Source of the DNA: Candidatus Thalassarchaeaceae archaeon
GTDB taxonomy: Archaea > Thermoplasmatota > Poseidoniia > Poseidoniales > Thalassarchaeaceae
Length of the DNA: 64,000 nucleotides
NCBI GenBank assembly: GCA_023700255.1
Contig: JAJPRD010000002.1
Coordinates: 42,748-106,747 of the forward strand
Reading direction: 5' to 3'
Shown: positions 55,210-64,000 of the stretch, piece by piece
How positions within the stretch are numbered: the stretch's first letter is position 1
Layout: the number at the start of each line of letters is the position of its first letter
Made by a program: the position numbers and the translations under genes
The notes under the pieces: generated by a model
Told to the model about the DNA's origin: nothing
Database searches by the model: none
What the model saw: only the letters and a program-made list of their open reading frames with translations

Positions 55210-56391
55210 TCATGCATTTCTTGTAAATGCCTGAATGCCTGTAATATGCCTACCAATTATTAGATTATGGATGTCATGTGTCCCTTCATAAGTTTTCACA
55301 GATTCCAGATTTGCCATATGTCGCATAATGGGGTACTCGTCGAGAATTCCATTTGCTCCATGAATATCTCTAGCAACTCTAGCTATTTCTAGAGCAATAT
55401 CTACATTATTCATTTTGGCTAGTGAAATCTGCTCTGGTATCCAAGTACCAGCATCTTTCTTTAATGCTAAATGGTAAGCTAGTAATTGTCCTTTTGTTAT
55501 TTCTCGTAGCATCCAAGCCAACTTGTTTTGAACTAACTGGTAAGATGCTATAGGATGATCGAATTGTATTCTGCTCATTGCATAATCTTTGGAAGAATTA
55601 AAGCATGCTTGCGCTGCTCCTAGAGCACCCCAAGATATTCCAAATCTAGCATTATTTAAGCAGGAAAATGGACCTCTTAGACCTTTGACACCTGGTAGCA
55701 TACGATCTTTTGGTATCTTACAATCTTGGAATACTAATTCACTGGTGACGCTAGCTTTGAGGGAATGCTTTCCTTTCATTTCAGGAGCAGAAAATCCCGG
55801 GTCATTTTTCTCGACGATAAATCCACGTATCACTCCATCTAGTTTCGCCCAAACAACTGCTAATTCTGCGATAGTTCCATTTGTTATCCACATTTTTGCA
55901 CCATTGAGGAGATAATGATCACCTTTATCTTCTGCCTTTGTGATCATGTCACCTGGGTTAGAACCGTAATCTGGTTCGGTTAATCCGAAACAACCGATCC
56001 ACTCTCCACTAGCCATTTTAGGTAAGTAATAATTTTTCTGTTCTTCACTGCCGAAATCCCAAATTGGGTACATTGCTAGAGATCCTTGGACACTTGCAAA
56101 GGACCTTAATCCACTATCGCCTCTCTCAAGTTCTCTGCATATTACTCCATAAGCAGTGTATGATAGACCAGGGCATCCATATCCCTTTAGAGGAGCACCG
56201 AGCACTCCCATTTCTCCTAAAGCTACTCTCCACTCATCTGGAAAAACTCCATCTCTACATGCTTTTTCGATATTTGGTATGACTTCTTCATCAACCCAAT
56301 CTCGCACCATGTCGCGAACCATTTGCTCTTCTTCACTCAATAATGAGTCAACATCGTAGAAGTCTAGTGCCTCATATGCCATAATTCTCAT
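55210..56391 (-). CDS. gcdH: Acyl-CoA dehydrogenase, glutaryl-CoA dehydrogenase-like
   Basis: It has an ACAD fold (GCFGLTEPDYGSNP, KMWITNG). The C-terminal TYEGTHDIHNLIIGRHITG is characteristic of GCDH. Confidence 0.75.
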   Translation of the reverse strand: MRIMAYEALDFYDVDSLLSEEEQMVRDMVRDWVDEEVIPNIEKACRDGVFPDEWRVALGEMGVLGAPLKGYGCPGLSYTAYGVICRELERGDSGLRSFASVQGSLAMYPIWDFGSEEQKNYYLPKMASGEWIGCFGLTEPDYGSNPGDMITKAEDKGDHYLLNGAKMWITNGTIAELAVVWAKLDGVIRGFIVEKNDPGFSAPEMKGKHSLKASVTSELVFQDCKIPKDRMLPGVKGLRGPFSCLNNARFGISWGALGAAQACFNSSKDYAMSRIQFDHPIASYQLVQNKLAWMLREITKGQLLAYHLALKKDAGTWIPEQISLAKMNNVDIALEIARVARDIHGANGILDEYPIMRHMANLESVKTYEGTHDIHNLIIGRHITGIQAFTRNA

Positions 56392-56450
56392 TCATTGGCG
56401 ATAATCGATGCCACATGAATGTTACTAATAGGACCAGTAGATTACCGTGG

Positions 56451-57665
56451 TTATTTTTTTCCTCGTCCTTTCCTTCTAGCATCTCTTTTCTCATCCTTAT
56501 TACCGAATTTCATAGTCATCCAATATTGCATTTTTGGAGAACCAGTATACACGAGAGTAATCAATAACATTACTATGGTAAGTGGAATTAAGAATCCTAT
56601 GAAACCACCAAGTACTATTCCTATACCTCCCTTCTCTTCAGTAGAATGATACTCTACCAATGTACCTCGACTAGTTACTAACCAACCGCTATCTTCCCCT
56701 GTATTCCAAGTACCAACAATTCTTTCTCCAGAAATCGTCGCGTCGAATTTTTGTGCATCTTCATTGTCTAACCAAGGATATGTGGAATTAGCACTCAAGT
56801 CGTGTTCAAGTAGAGAGAAAGGAGCTACAATAATCAATGATCTTGAATCTATTTGGTGGTTTAGATGTGTGAATTGCCCCTCAACTCCTTTAATTTCACT
56901 AACAGATAATTCACTTTGTAAAGCGCCACCTTGATTGAGTCTAATTATTCCAACTTCTTGACTGCTAGATACAGATACACAAGCCATTTCATAGTTAGAT
57001 GGGCATATTACACTAGTCCATGGATAGAAATTACCTCCAATCCAAGTCAAAACATGATCTCTATCAATGATTCCTATTCCGTCAGTAGATGATGATACTA
57101 CACAGAGCATGATTTCATCATGACAATCGATACTTGTGACATCTCCCTCTCCTCTCCCTTCGATTAAGTGGATGTCGAGTCCTCCATCACCTTCTGCTCT
57201 GATACGCCACAACCATCCGTCATCTCCACCGACATATGCCCATGAACCAGCAGTATTCCATACAACCGAATTTAATTGCGTCTGGCCGAAATTTAATTTT
57301 TCTCCTGCTTGAGTAAGTGAATAATCATCAGAAGAATATCTTAGGACCATGCCCTCATCTCCAACTAAAAAAGCAGTCCCTCCTCCTGGATGCCAGTCTG
57401 CATCTCTCATTGTTTGCTTATCTGTTGCTGAAAGTGGAATCTGAATCTGTGGTCTATTCGCGAAGATGAGTTCAGCATAGCCATCTGCACCATAAATCAA
57501 AATTCTATCACCTTCAGGGTTTTCTGCTATTCCTTGAATTCCTAAATCATCAGCATCAAGGATAATTATTGAATCTAACTCTACAGCCGAATCTGCACTA
57601 ACTATTGGTGATGCCAACATTGTCATTATCATGACTCCCATTAGTAGCGCACGGCTTACTCCCAT
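56451..57665 (-). CDS. Secreted beta-propeller-like protein with a C-terminal TM anchor and basic tail
   Basis: A signal peptide (LLMGVMIMTMLASPIVSADS) is followed by repeated blades of the form W..GG.A.LVGD.G.V.R. The TM helix is GGFIGFLIPLTIVMLLITLVY and the tail is KDEKRDARRKGRGKK. Confidence 0.7.
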   Translation of the reverse strand: MGVSRALLMGVMIMTMLASPIVSADSAVELDSIIILDADDLGIQGIAENPEGDRILIYGADGYAELIFANRPQIQIPLSATDKQTMRDADWHPGGGTAFLVGDEGMVLRYSSDDYSLTQAGEKLNFGQTQLNSVVWNTAGSWAYVGGDDGWLWRIRAEGDGGLDIHLIEGRGEGDVTSIDCHDEIMLCVVSSSTDGIGIIDRDHVLTWIGGNFYPWTSVICPSNYEMACVSVSSSQEVGIIRLNQGGALQSELSVSEIKGVEGQFTHLNHQIDSRSLIIVAPFSLLEHDLSANSTYPWLDNEDAQKFDATISGERIVGTWNTGEDSGWLVTSRGTLVEYHSTEEKGGIGIVLGGFIGFLIPLTIVMLLITLVYTGSPKMQYWMTMKFGNKDEKRDARRKGRGKK

Positions 57666-57766
57666 AGTGCTCCGAATACGGACATAGGTTTAGCCCTGTT
57701 TAATATGCCCTCAGATGTTATCTTTCCCTCGTAGTATTGAATAAGCAATTAGTGCGCGCTTGACTT

Positions 57767-58282
57767 ATGGAGAGATTCGACGTTAAGCGTGGATTGATGA
57801 AACAAATTATGGCAGATGGTGGATTAGCGGTGTTAGCTAAGAAATATTTTGAGAATGTTGAGGCTGATGGTAAAACCTCTTTTTCAGGTTCTCATGACAT
57901 TATGGTGTCTATATCTGCACATTTTTCCGATACCGGAGCTTTAGTTATAGATGTCAAGAATGTACCCCCTAATTTTGATGATCCAGAAGCAATGAAAATA
58001 GCTCAAGATAGTCGTAAAAAATGGACTCTATTCCTTGATGAAGCAACAGGTTACAATTCTAAACAACGTGGAGATAAAGCCAAAGAATGGGCTAAAAAGG
58101 CGTCTAAGGCGAAATCCTCAGTCACTCAAGCAAAGACTTTTATGAAATTATCGAAAAATGTATCTGAAGAAGTTCAAGCCCAAGCATATGCATTAATTGA
58201 TGAGATAGAAGCAGCCTTAGAAGAAGGTGAAAACACTAAAGCCGCAGGTCGCGGTGAAAAATTAGGTAAGTTATTTCAATAA
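57767..58282 (+). CDS. Hypothetical protein (Lys/Ala-rich helical C-terminus)
   Basis: A 171-aa ORF with normal codon texture, directly upstream of tyrS. I could not place it in a family. Confidence 0.6.
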   Translation: MERFDVKRGLMKQIMADGGLAVLAKKYFENVEADGKTSFSGSHDIMVSISAHFSDTGALVIDVKNVPPNFDDPEAMKIAQDSRKKWTLFLDEATGYNSKQRGDKAKEWAKKASKAKSSVTQAKTFMKLSKNVSEEVQAQAYALIDEIEAALEEGENTKAAGRGEKLGKLFQ

Positions 58283-58295
58283 CTAAGGTGATTCA

Positions 58296-59414
58296 ATGAG
58301 TAATACTGATTTCCTTTCAACTCTTGATGAAGGCAGTCGTGCTAAAATCGAGAGAATGTTTAGTAGTTGTGAGGAAGTTGTAGGGATTGATCATGTTGCA
58401 AAAATAGTTTCTGGAGAAGAAAGTCACTCTGGTGATTCACAATTGAAAGCATATATTGGCCTTGAACCTAGTGGGAAAGCCCATTTAGGCTGGATGATAC
58501 TTGCTGAAACTATGAAGAAAATGCTTGATGAAGGTGTTCATATCACTATACTATTAGCGGATTGGCATGCCTGGGTAAATGATAAATTTTCTAGAGATAT
58601 GGAAAAAATCTCATTGGCTGCAGATTACATGTCAGAAGTTTTTAGAGTTTTATTGGGACATCCAGTAGAAGGTTCTGGACCTGGTGAAATAAAATTCATT
58701 CGTGCGTCTGAAATGATGGAATCAGGGAAATATTGGGAGCGTGTACTAAAATGCTCGAAGAACATGAGTCTCTCTCGTGTTAGAAGGACATTCAGTATCA
58801 TGGGCCGAGATGAAGATTCTTCAGATCACGATTTATCTGCATTTTTTTATCCTGCTTTGCAAGCCGCAGATATATTCGAATTGGAAGTTGATATCGCATT
58901 AGGTGGAATGGATCAAAGGAAAGCACATATGTATATGCGTGAAGTAGCAGATAGGAATAAATGGGTCAAAGCAACATGTATTCACACACCTATGCTTTCT
59001 GGGTTAAAGGGGTCTAGCGGAAGAATGGATTCTTATGATCATAAAATGTCAAAATCCGATCCTAATAATGCTATATTGCTGCATGACACACCTAAAAAGT
59101 TAGAAAAGAAAATGCGTAAAGCATTTTTAGAAATTGGTAATGATAATTCTGCAATATATGAAATTGCAAAGTATGTATTGTTCCCTAGGTTAGGTAAACT
59201 AAATGTTGAACCTAAGCCTGAATTCGGTCAACCATCTGAATGGGGTGATATTGATACTTTCATATCTGCAATAAATGAAGGAGTCGTTCATCCATTCGAC
59301 GCAAAAATGGCAGTTGCTAGAGGTTTAGGTGAAGTTTTAGCACCTGTATCTGAATATTTCTTGGAAAAAACAGATTTATTAGATGCTATGAATTCCATCA
59401 CTGGCTCGCAGTGA
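58296..59414 (+). CDS. tyrS: Tyrosyl-tRNA synthetase, archaeal type
   Basis: YIGLEPSGKAHLGW is the HIGH region (compare M. jannaschii YIGFEPSGKIHLGH). Other matches are LLADWHAW, ALGGMDQRKAHM and KMSKSD. Confidence 0.88.
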   Translation: MSNTDFLSTLDEGSRAKIERMFSSCEEVVGIDHVAKIVSGEESHSGDSQLKAYIGLEPSGKAHLGWMILAETMKKMLDEGVHITILLADWHAWVNDKFSRDMEKISLAADYMSEVFRVLLGHPVEGSGPGEIKFIRASEMMESGKYWERVLKCSKNMSLSRVRRTFSIMGRDEDSSDHDLSAFFYPALQAADIFELEVDIALGGMDQRKAHMYMREVADRNKWVKATCIHTPMLSGLKGSSGRMDSYDHKMSKSDPNNAILLHDTPKKLEKKMRKAFLEIGNDNSAIYEIAKYVLFPRLGKLNVEPKPEFGQPSEWGDIDTFISAINEGVVHPFDAKMAVARGLGEVLAPVSEYFLEKTDLLDAMNSITGSQ

Positions 59415-59500
59415 AGCGTTTTAATAATCGACATATTTAATCAGATTTCATAGTAGATATGATAACCCTCTTTCTTTGCGGCAGGTTTGGAAGAGTTGTT

Positions 59501-61054
59501 ATGACAGAGGTAGGAATCGACGATATTGCTATACATTTCCCTAAATTATATTTTGATATGGAGGATTTTGCTGCATTCCGAGGTGCAGATTTTGGTAAAC
59601 TAAATCGTGGACTTGGCCTGAAAGCTATGGCCATACCTGATGTTCATGAAGATACTGCCACAATGGGTGCAAATGCTTGTGCTCGTTTAATTGACAGAAA
59701 TAACCTTGATCCTAATAATATCGGCCGAATTTATCTTGGTACCGAGTCAGCACTTGATGGTGCCAAGCCTACTGCTACATACATTATGGATATGCTAGAA
59801 CAAAGATATCAGAGTGATTATGGTATTGATTGTTTTAGAAACTGTGATGTTGTTGATTTGACATTTGCTTGCATTGGTGCAGTTGATGCTATGCATAACA
59901 CTCTAGATTGGGTCGCAAGAGGTGGAGAATCCCAAGATAGAATCGGAATTGTAGTATTTGCTGATAATGCCAAATATGATTTGGAATCATCAGGAGAATA
60001 TACTCAAGGTGCAGGTGGTGGCGCTATTCTAATACGACATAATCCTAGATTACTCATCATTCCTGATAATTGGGGTGTTTCAACAATGCCAGTTCATGAT
60101 TTCTTCAAGCCAAGAAGAGAACTAGATATGAAAACAGTAGTTGAAAATGTTCTAGATTTAGCAGAAGAAGCTGGAGAGGAACCAAGAAAAGCAGGTTTAG
60201 TAGAACGAATTCTCGATGTATTACCAATATCTTCACTCAAAGATAATATTTTATTCGAGTCTAAAACATTAAAAATACACAAAGATACACCTGTTTTCGA
60301 TGGTCAATTTTCTAATAGATGTTATTCGGAGTCTGTTAAGCAAGCCTTCATCAATTTTAGAATCGAGGCAATTCGTTCTGGGCGATATGACCCTGATGAA
60401 GATGAGATTCTTACCAATCAATGGAAAAGAATAATTGTACACCTTCCTTATGCATTTCAAGGGAAGAGGATGTTCCCAGATGTATTCAGGCATGACAGAA
60501 GACACCTTCCATTATGGGATGAAATTCTCGAAGAAATAGGTGAAGAACCATTCCCTGAGAATTTTGAAGATAGCATAGATGGCTATGAGGAATTTGAGAA
60601 AGCAAACGATCAATATAGAAGATTAATCTCTAAAACTCCAATGTTCAAGAAATTCGTTGAAGCAAGAATTGAGAAAGCTCAGCGTGCATCTAGTTTAGTT
60701 GGTAATCAATACACTGGTTCAATTTTCCTTGCTTTAATGTCAACTTTAGAGTCTGACTTTCAAGATGATGAAAAGATGGTTGGAGACAGGATCGGTTTGT
60801 GTGGCTATGGTTCAGGTGCAAAGGCGAAAGTGTTCGAAGGAATAATCCAATCTGAATGGAAAGATGTCGCATCAAAATTCAAACTATTTGAGAGACTTAC
60901 TGAGAGGCATCCAATCAATAAAGAAATTTATGAATCTCTTCATCGTGGTACTCAAAATGGTTCTGTAGTAAAACCAAAGAATGAATTTGCATTAGTTTCA
61001 ATTGGTGGAGCAAACGTTCTAGAAGGTCAAAGAAAATATTCTTGGATAGAATAA
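59501..61054 (+). CDS. Hydroxymethylglutaryl-CoA synthase, long (about 517 aa) form
   Basis: The catalytic Glu context is YLGTESALDGAKP, the Cys context is LTFACIGAVDAM, and the His context is IVHLPYAFQG. YTQGAGGGAILI and GYGSGAKA are also present. I trimmed the ORF-track start (59459) to the ATG at 59501 (MTEVGIDDI). Confidence 0.8.
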   Translation: MTEVGIDDIAIHFPKLYFDMEDFAAFRGADFGKLNRGLGLKAMAIPDVHEDTATMGANACARLIDRNNLDPNNIGRIYLGTESALDGAKPTATYIMDMLEQRYQSDYGIDCFRNCDVVDLTFACIGAVDAMHNTLDWVARGGESQDRIGIVVFADNAKYDLESSGEYTQGAGGGAILIRHNPRLLIIPDNWGVSTMPVHDFFKPRRELDMKTVVENVLDLAEEAGEEPRKAGLVERILDVLPISSLKDNILFESKTLKIHKDTPVFDGQFSNRCYSESVKQAFINFRIEAIRSGRYDPDEDEILTNQWKRIIVHLPYAFQGKRMFPDVFRHDRRHLPLWDEILEEIGEEPFPENFEDSIDGYEEFEKANDQYRRLISKTPMFKKFVEARIEKAQRASSLVGNQYTGSIFLALMSTLESDFQDDEKMVGDRIGLCGYGSGAKAKVFEGIIQSEWKDVASKFKLFERLTERHPINKEIYESLHRGTQNGSVVKPKNEFALVSIGGANVLEGQRKYSWIE

Positions 61055-62281
61055 TCAGGGTTTTATTGCCCTATTTATGACTATTTTTTGTACTTCTTGA
61101 GTGCCTTCATATATCTGAGTGATTTTAGCATCTCTAAAGAATCTTTCAACTGGGAAATCAGTTGTATATCCATAACCTCCGAGTACCTGAACCGCTCTCT
61201 CAGCTACCCACATTGCGGTATCTCCTGCGAATAATTTAGCCATACTTGCTTCCTTTGTATGTCTTTTACCTCCATCTTCGTAGTGTCTTTGTTTAGCCCA
61301 TGCTGCTTTGTAAACCATCATTCTAGCAGCCTCAATCTGTGTTGCCATGTCTGCAAGATAATTTCCAATACTTTGATGATGCGAAATTGGTTTGCCGAAA
61401 GCTTGTCTTTCATATGAATAGTTCAATGCTGATTCAAAAGCTCCTTGAGCTATTCCTAATGCCTGTGCAGCAATACCTATTCTGGAGTTATCAAGAGCAT
61501 TCATTGCAATAGGAAAACCTTCGCCAACATTTTTCAAGACATTTTCTACTGGGACTTTGCAATTTTCTAGCAATAGCACACAGGTATCTGAAGATCTTAT
61601 TCCCAGTTTTTCTTCTTTTTTACCTACACTGAAACCTTCCATTGATGAATCAACGATGAATGCGGTAGTTCCACCATGTCTTTTTACACCATAATCCGGA
61701 TGATCTACATCTTTTGCAAATAATACATAGATATCTGCACTCTGTCCGTTAGTTACCCACATTTTTTCTCCATTAATTATGAAGTGTTTTCCATCTTCTG
61801 ATTTCTTTGCTTTACAAACCATTGCAGCAGCATCTGTACCAGCTCCAGCTTCAGAAAGAGAATATGCTCCAATTTCTTTACCTGTAAGTCGCGTCAAGTA
61901 TTTTTCTTTCTGCTCATCATTGCCATGAAGTGCTATTGTTTTAGCACATAATCCTACATGTACGCAAAACATAACTGCAAAAGATGGATCAACTCTTGCA
62001 AGTTCTTCAATAATTATTGCTTCAGAAATATCATCTACTGGACTTCCACCATATTTTTCTGGAATAGTGATGCCCTGTAAACCATATTCACAGAACTTTA
62101 CCCATTCTTCTAGAGGTGGTGATGCATTTCTGTCACGTTCCAAACATGTAGGGGCTAATACCTCTTCTGCAAAACTGCGAACCATCTCTCGAATCATGCT
62201 TTGTTCTTCTGTTTCCATGAAATCCATCTTCTCACCTAACTCTCGGAAGTCAATGGTCTTGTTAATGTCTTGTAATGACAA
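61055..62281 (-). CDS. Acyl-CoA dehydrogenase (short/branched-chain type)
   Basis: GAYSLSEAGAGTDAA, KMWVTNG, the catalytic-base region IYEGTQEVQKIVI, and QVLGGYGYT. Confidence 0.9.
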   Translation of the reverse strand: MSLQDINKTIDFRELGEKMDFMETEEQSMIREMVRSFAEEVLAPTCLERDRNASPPLEEWVKFCEYGLQGITIPEKYGGSPVDDISEAIIIEELARVDPSFAVMFCVHVGLCAKTIALHGNDEQKEKYLTRLTGKEIGAYSLSEAGAGTDAAAMVCKAKKSEDGKHFIINGEKMWVTNGQSADIYVLFAKDVDHPDYGVKRHGGTTAFIVDSSMEGFSVGKKEEKLGIRSSDTCVLLLENCKVPVENVLKNVGEGFPIAMNALDNSRIGIAAQALGIAQGAFESALNYSYERQAFGKPISHHQSIGNYLADMATQIEAARMMVYKAAWAKQRHYEDGGKRHTKEASMAKLFAGDTAMWVAERAVQVLGGYGYTTDFPVERFFRDAKITQIYEGTQEVQKIVINRAIKP

Positions 62282-62318
62282 ATGTTACTACTTTGCCGAA
62301 TAGAAGATTTCAAAGCGG

Positions 62319-62855
62319 TTGTCAGTTGGGCGCAGGTCGAGAATCAGTATGGCGGACAGCGATTATTACGAATTTGGCGTGGCACATGGTCGAAAGTATA
62401 CTCTTGAACATCTTTGGATACAGGTACTAGATGAAAAGAAAGCAGACTCTCAAATTAAGATAGGAATTAGTGAGTTTATTAGGGCAGAATATGGAGATAT
62501 TGTCCGTGTAATTTTAACAAAACCTGAAGATGATTCTGAGTTTAAAACAGAAGATAGAGATGCTGATGAAGAAACTAATCAGGATGATGATGCACCTACT
62601 CCAATGACTAGTGGAGATGAAGTAGGACTTGACGATTTATTAATTACAGTAACTACAGAATATGAGAAATTATTGCTTAATGCACCATTTCCGTGTAAAA
62701 TTGTTTCATTAAATGGAGACATAGAAGACAATCCAGATCTTGTTAATGATGATGCTTATGCTGATGGTTGGTGTGTTATTGTGCAGCCTCATGAGTTTGA
62801 TGCAGACCAATTTTTAGATGAAGCAGAATACATTGAATACTTGAATGAAGTTTGA
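62319..62855 (+). CDS. Glycine-cleavage H-protein-like lipoyl-domain protein with an acidic insertion
   Basis: HLWIQV...IGISEFIRAEYGDIVRV and EYEKLLLNAPFPCKIVSLNGDIEDNPDLVNDDAYADGWC follow the GcvH pattern. A roughly 45-aa Asp/Glu-rich insert lies between them. The likely start is ATG at 62349. Confidence 0.65.
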   Translation: MSVGRRSRISMADSDYYEFGVAHGRKYTLEHLWIQVLDEKKADSQIKIGISEFIRAEYGDIVRVILTKPEDDSEFKTEDRDADEETNQDDDAPTPMTSGDEVGLDDLLITVTTEYEKLLLNAPFPCKIVSLNGDIEDNPDLVNDDAYADGWCVIVQPHEFDADQFLDEAEYIEYLNEV

Positions 62856-64000
62856 TTATGGCCATGATAATATAGGCCAGGTTTTGTAGTCTCCATTTTT
62901 CCAATCTATGTCATCTAATAATTCTAAAATTTCTTCTTTATTTGTAAGATTTTTTTCTATTTGTTGCCTGTATAGCCAGCCCTTTAGCATACCCAGTTTT
63001 GGCCCCGGCTCAATATTAGTTGACTTAGAAAGTGTAATGCCATCAATAAGTGGTAATCTATTTTTCACAAGATTTTCCATGTTGTTTAAGCTCTCAATAA
63101 ATCCTAATGGATTATGATATTCTAGAATTGCTTTTTTCTGTTCTTCAGAGAGATATACACTAAATCTTCTTAGACCACCTAAATCTTTATCGAAAATCAC
63201 GGACTTATTATCGTGTAAGAAAGAAATCAGTTCAAGTTCTTTTCTCGAAAATTTCAGAATATCTCTTAATTTGTTAGAAAGTTCTTTTCCATCACAATCA
63301 TTTTTATTCAGAATTATTGCTAAAGTAACTAATGGGTTATTACCTCTTATATTAGCTATTTCAATCGATAATTCATTAAATAAACAATCCAAAATCCCTG
63401 TTTTCTCCATTATAGCGAGTATTTCCTTAGAATTATTTTTTGATAATATTTTTTTAATTTCGTCACCGATTCTTTCATTTGATACATTTTCTAGCATATT
63501 CTTATTCTCAATAATTGCTAGTTCCAAATCTCTATCCAAGGTTCTTATACTCCCTTCTCCATCTAAAAATCGAAAGGCTCGCATTATTCTCAACCCATCT
63601 TCTGCAATTCTCTCGCCAGCATTGCCCACCGATCTAAGAATATTCTGTTGTAAATCTTTTTTTCCACCAAATATGTCTATTATGTTCCAATCTTCGTCTA
63701 CTGCCATAGCGTTTATCGTAAAATCACGACGTGCTAAATCATCCTCAATTTTATCTCCAAATAATACATTATCGGGTCTTCTACCATCTCCATAAGTTCC
63801 TTCTTTACGTAAAGTAGTAACTTCCCATTGTCCTTCTATTTCTTTTTCGAGTCTAACTATGACAGTTCCATAGTCTTCTCCAATAGGTATTGATCTAGGA
63901 AATAATTTCTTTACTTTATCGGGAGTTAGTGTTGTAGCTATATCCAAATCAGTTGATGAATTACCAAGAAGTGCTTCTCTAACCCAACCACCCACAATCC
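62856..64000 (-). CDS. Class II tRNA nucleotidyltransferase / poly(A) polymerase family (CCA-adding-like), N-terminus cut by the window edge
   Basis: (I)VGGWVREALLGNSSTDLDIATTLTP corresponds to the GGxVRD...DxD motif. RRDFTINAMAV and ERIGDEIKKIL are also present. The frame stays open to the window end. Confidence 0.85.
   Translation of the reverse strand, partial: IVGGWVREALLGNSSTDLDIATTLTPDKVKKLFPRSIPIGEDYGTVIVRLEKEIEGQWEVTTLRKEGTYGDGRRPDNVLFGDKIEDDLARRDFTINAMAVDEDWNIIDIFGGKKDLQQNILRSVGNAGERIAEDGLRIMRAFRFLDGEGSIRTLDRDLELAIIENKNMLENVSNERIGDEIKKILSKNNSKEILAIMEKTGILDCLFNELSIEIANIRGNNPLVTLAIILNKNDCDGKELSNKLRDILKFSRKELELISFLHDNKSVIFDKDLGGLRRFSVYLSEEQKKAILEYHNPLGFIESLNNMENLVKNRLPLIDGITLSKSTNIEPGPKLGMLKGWLYRQQIEKNLTNKEEILELLDDIDWKNGDYKTWPILSWP

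Overview
This is a visibly AT-rich, densely coding stretch of archaeal chromosome. I find about 60 CDS, one tRNA and one riboswitch, and no CRISPR array, rRNA, integrase or transposase. The archaeal assignment rests on four things I can read directly. First, the rpl44e-rps27e-aIF2alpha-nop10-PAC2 cluster at 46050-48373. Second, L37e and L40e. Third, a membrane-inserted LonB protease. Fourth, archaeal-type AspRS and TyrRS. Archaeal information-processing genes sit beside bacterial-looking metabolism: FabH, ETF plus acyl-CoA dehydrogenases, a class II tRNA nucleotidyltransferase and a TPP riboswitch. Very large Cys-rich, Ca-binding surface proteins are also present. Together these suggest a marine planktonic Thermoplasmatota lineage resembling Marine Group II/Poseidoniales, but that is inference, not a database result. 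Two ribosomal protein genes shorter than 60 codons (L40e and S27e) are missing from the ORF track, and I recovered them by hand translation. The items most worth follow-up are listed here.
1. A canonical TPP riboswitch lies in front of a sodium:solute-symporter-family transporter and a PAP2 membrane protein.
2. A 1604-aa surface protein has a eukaryote-like RCC1 / ephrin-receptor-like Cys-repeat / TSP3 architecture.
3. Extracytoplasmic thiol-redox components are present: a TlpA-CcdA fusion, and a WCGPC thioredoxin module on a cadherin-like protein.
4. A tightly packed five-gene operon (formyltransferase, SDR, LLM monooxygenase, Asparaginase_II-like, ALDH) has no pathway I can name.
5. A Cas4/AddB-like PD-(D/E)XK nuclease is fused to an OB fold.
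6. A 275-aa protein looks like several concatenated histone folds.
7. An L44e has lost three of its four zinc ligands.
All functional calls come from motif recognition by eye. No searches were run.
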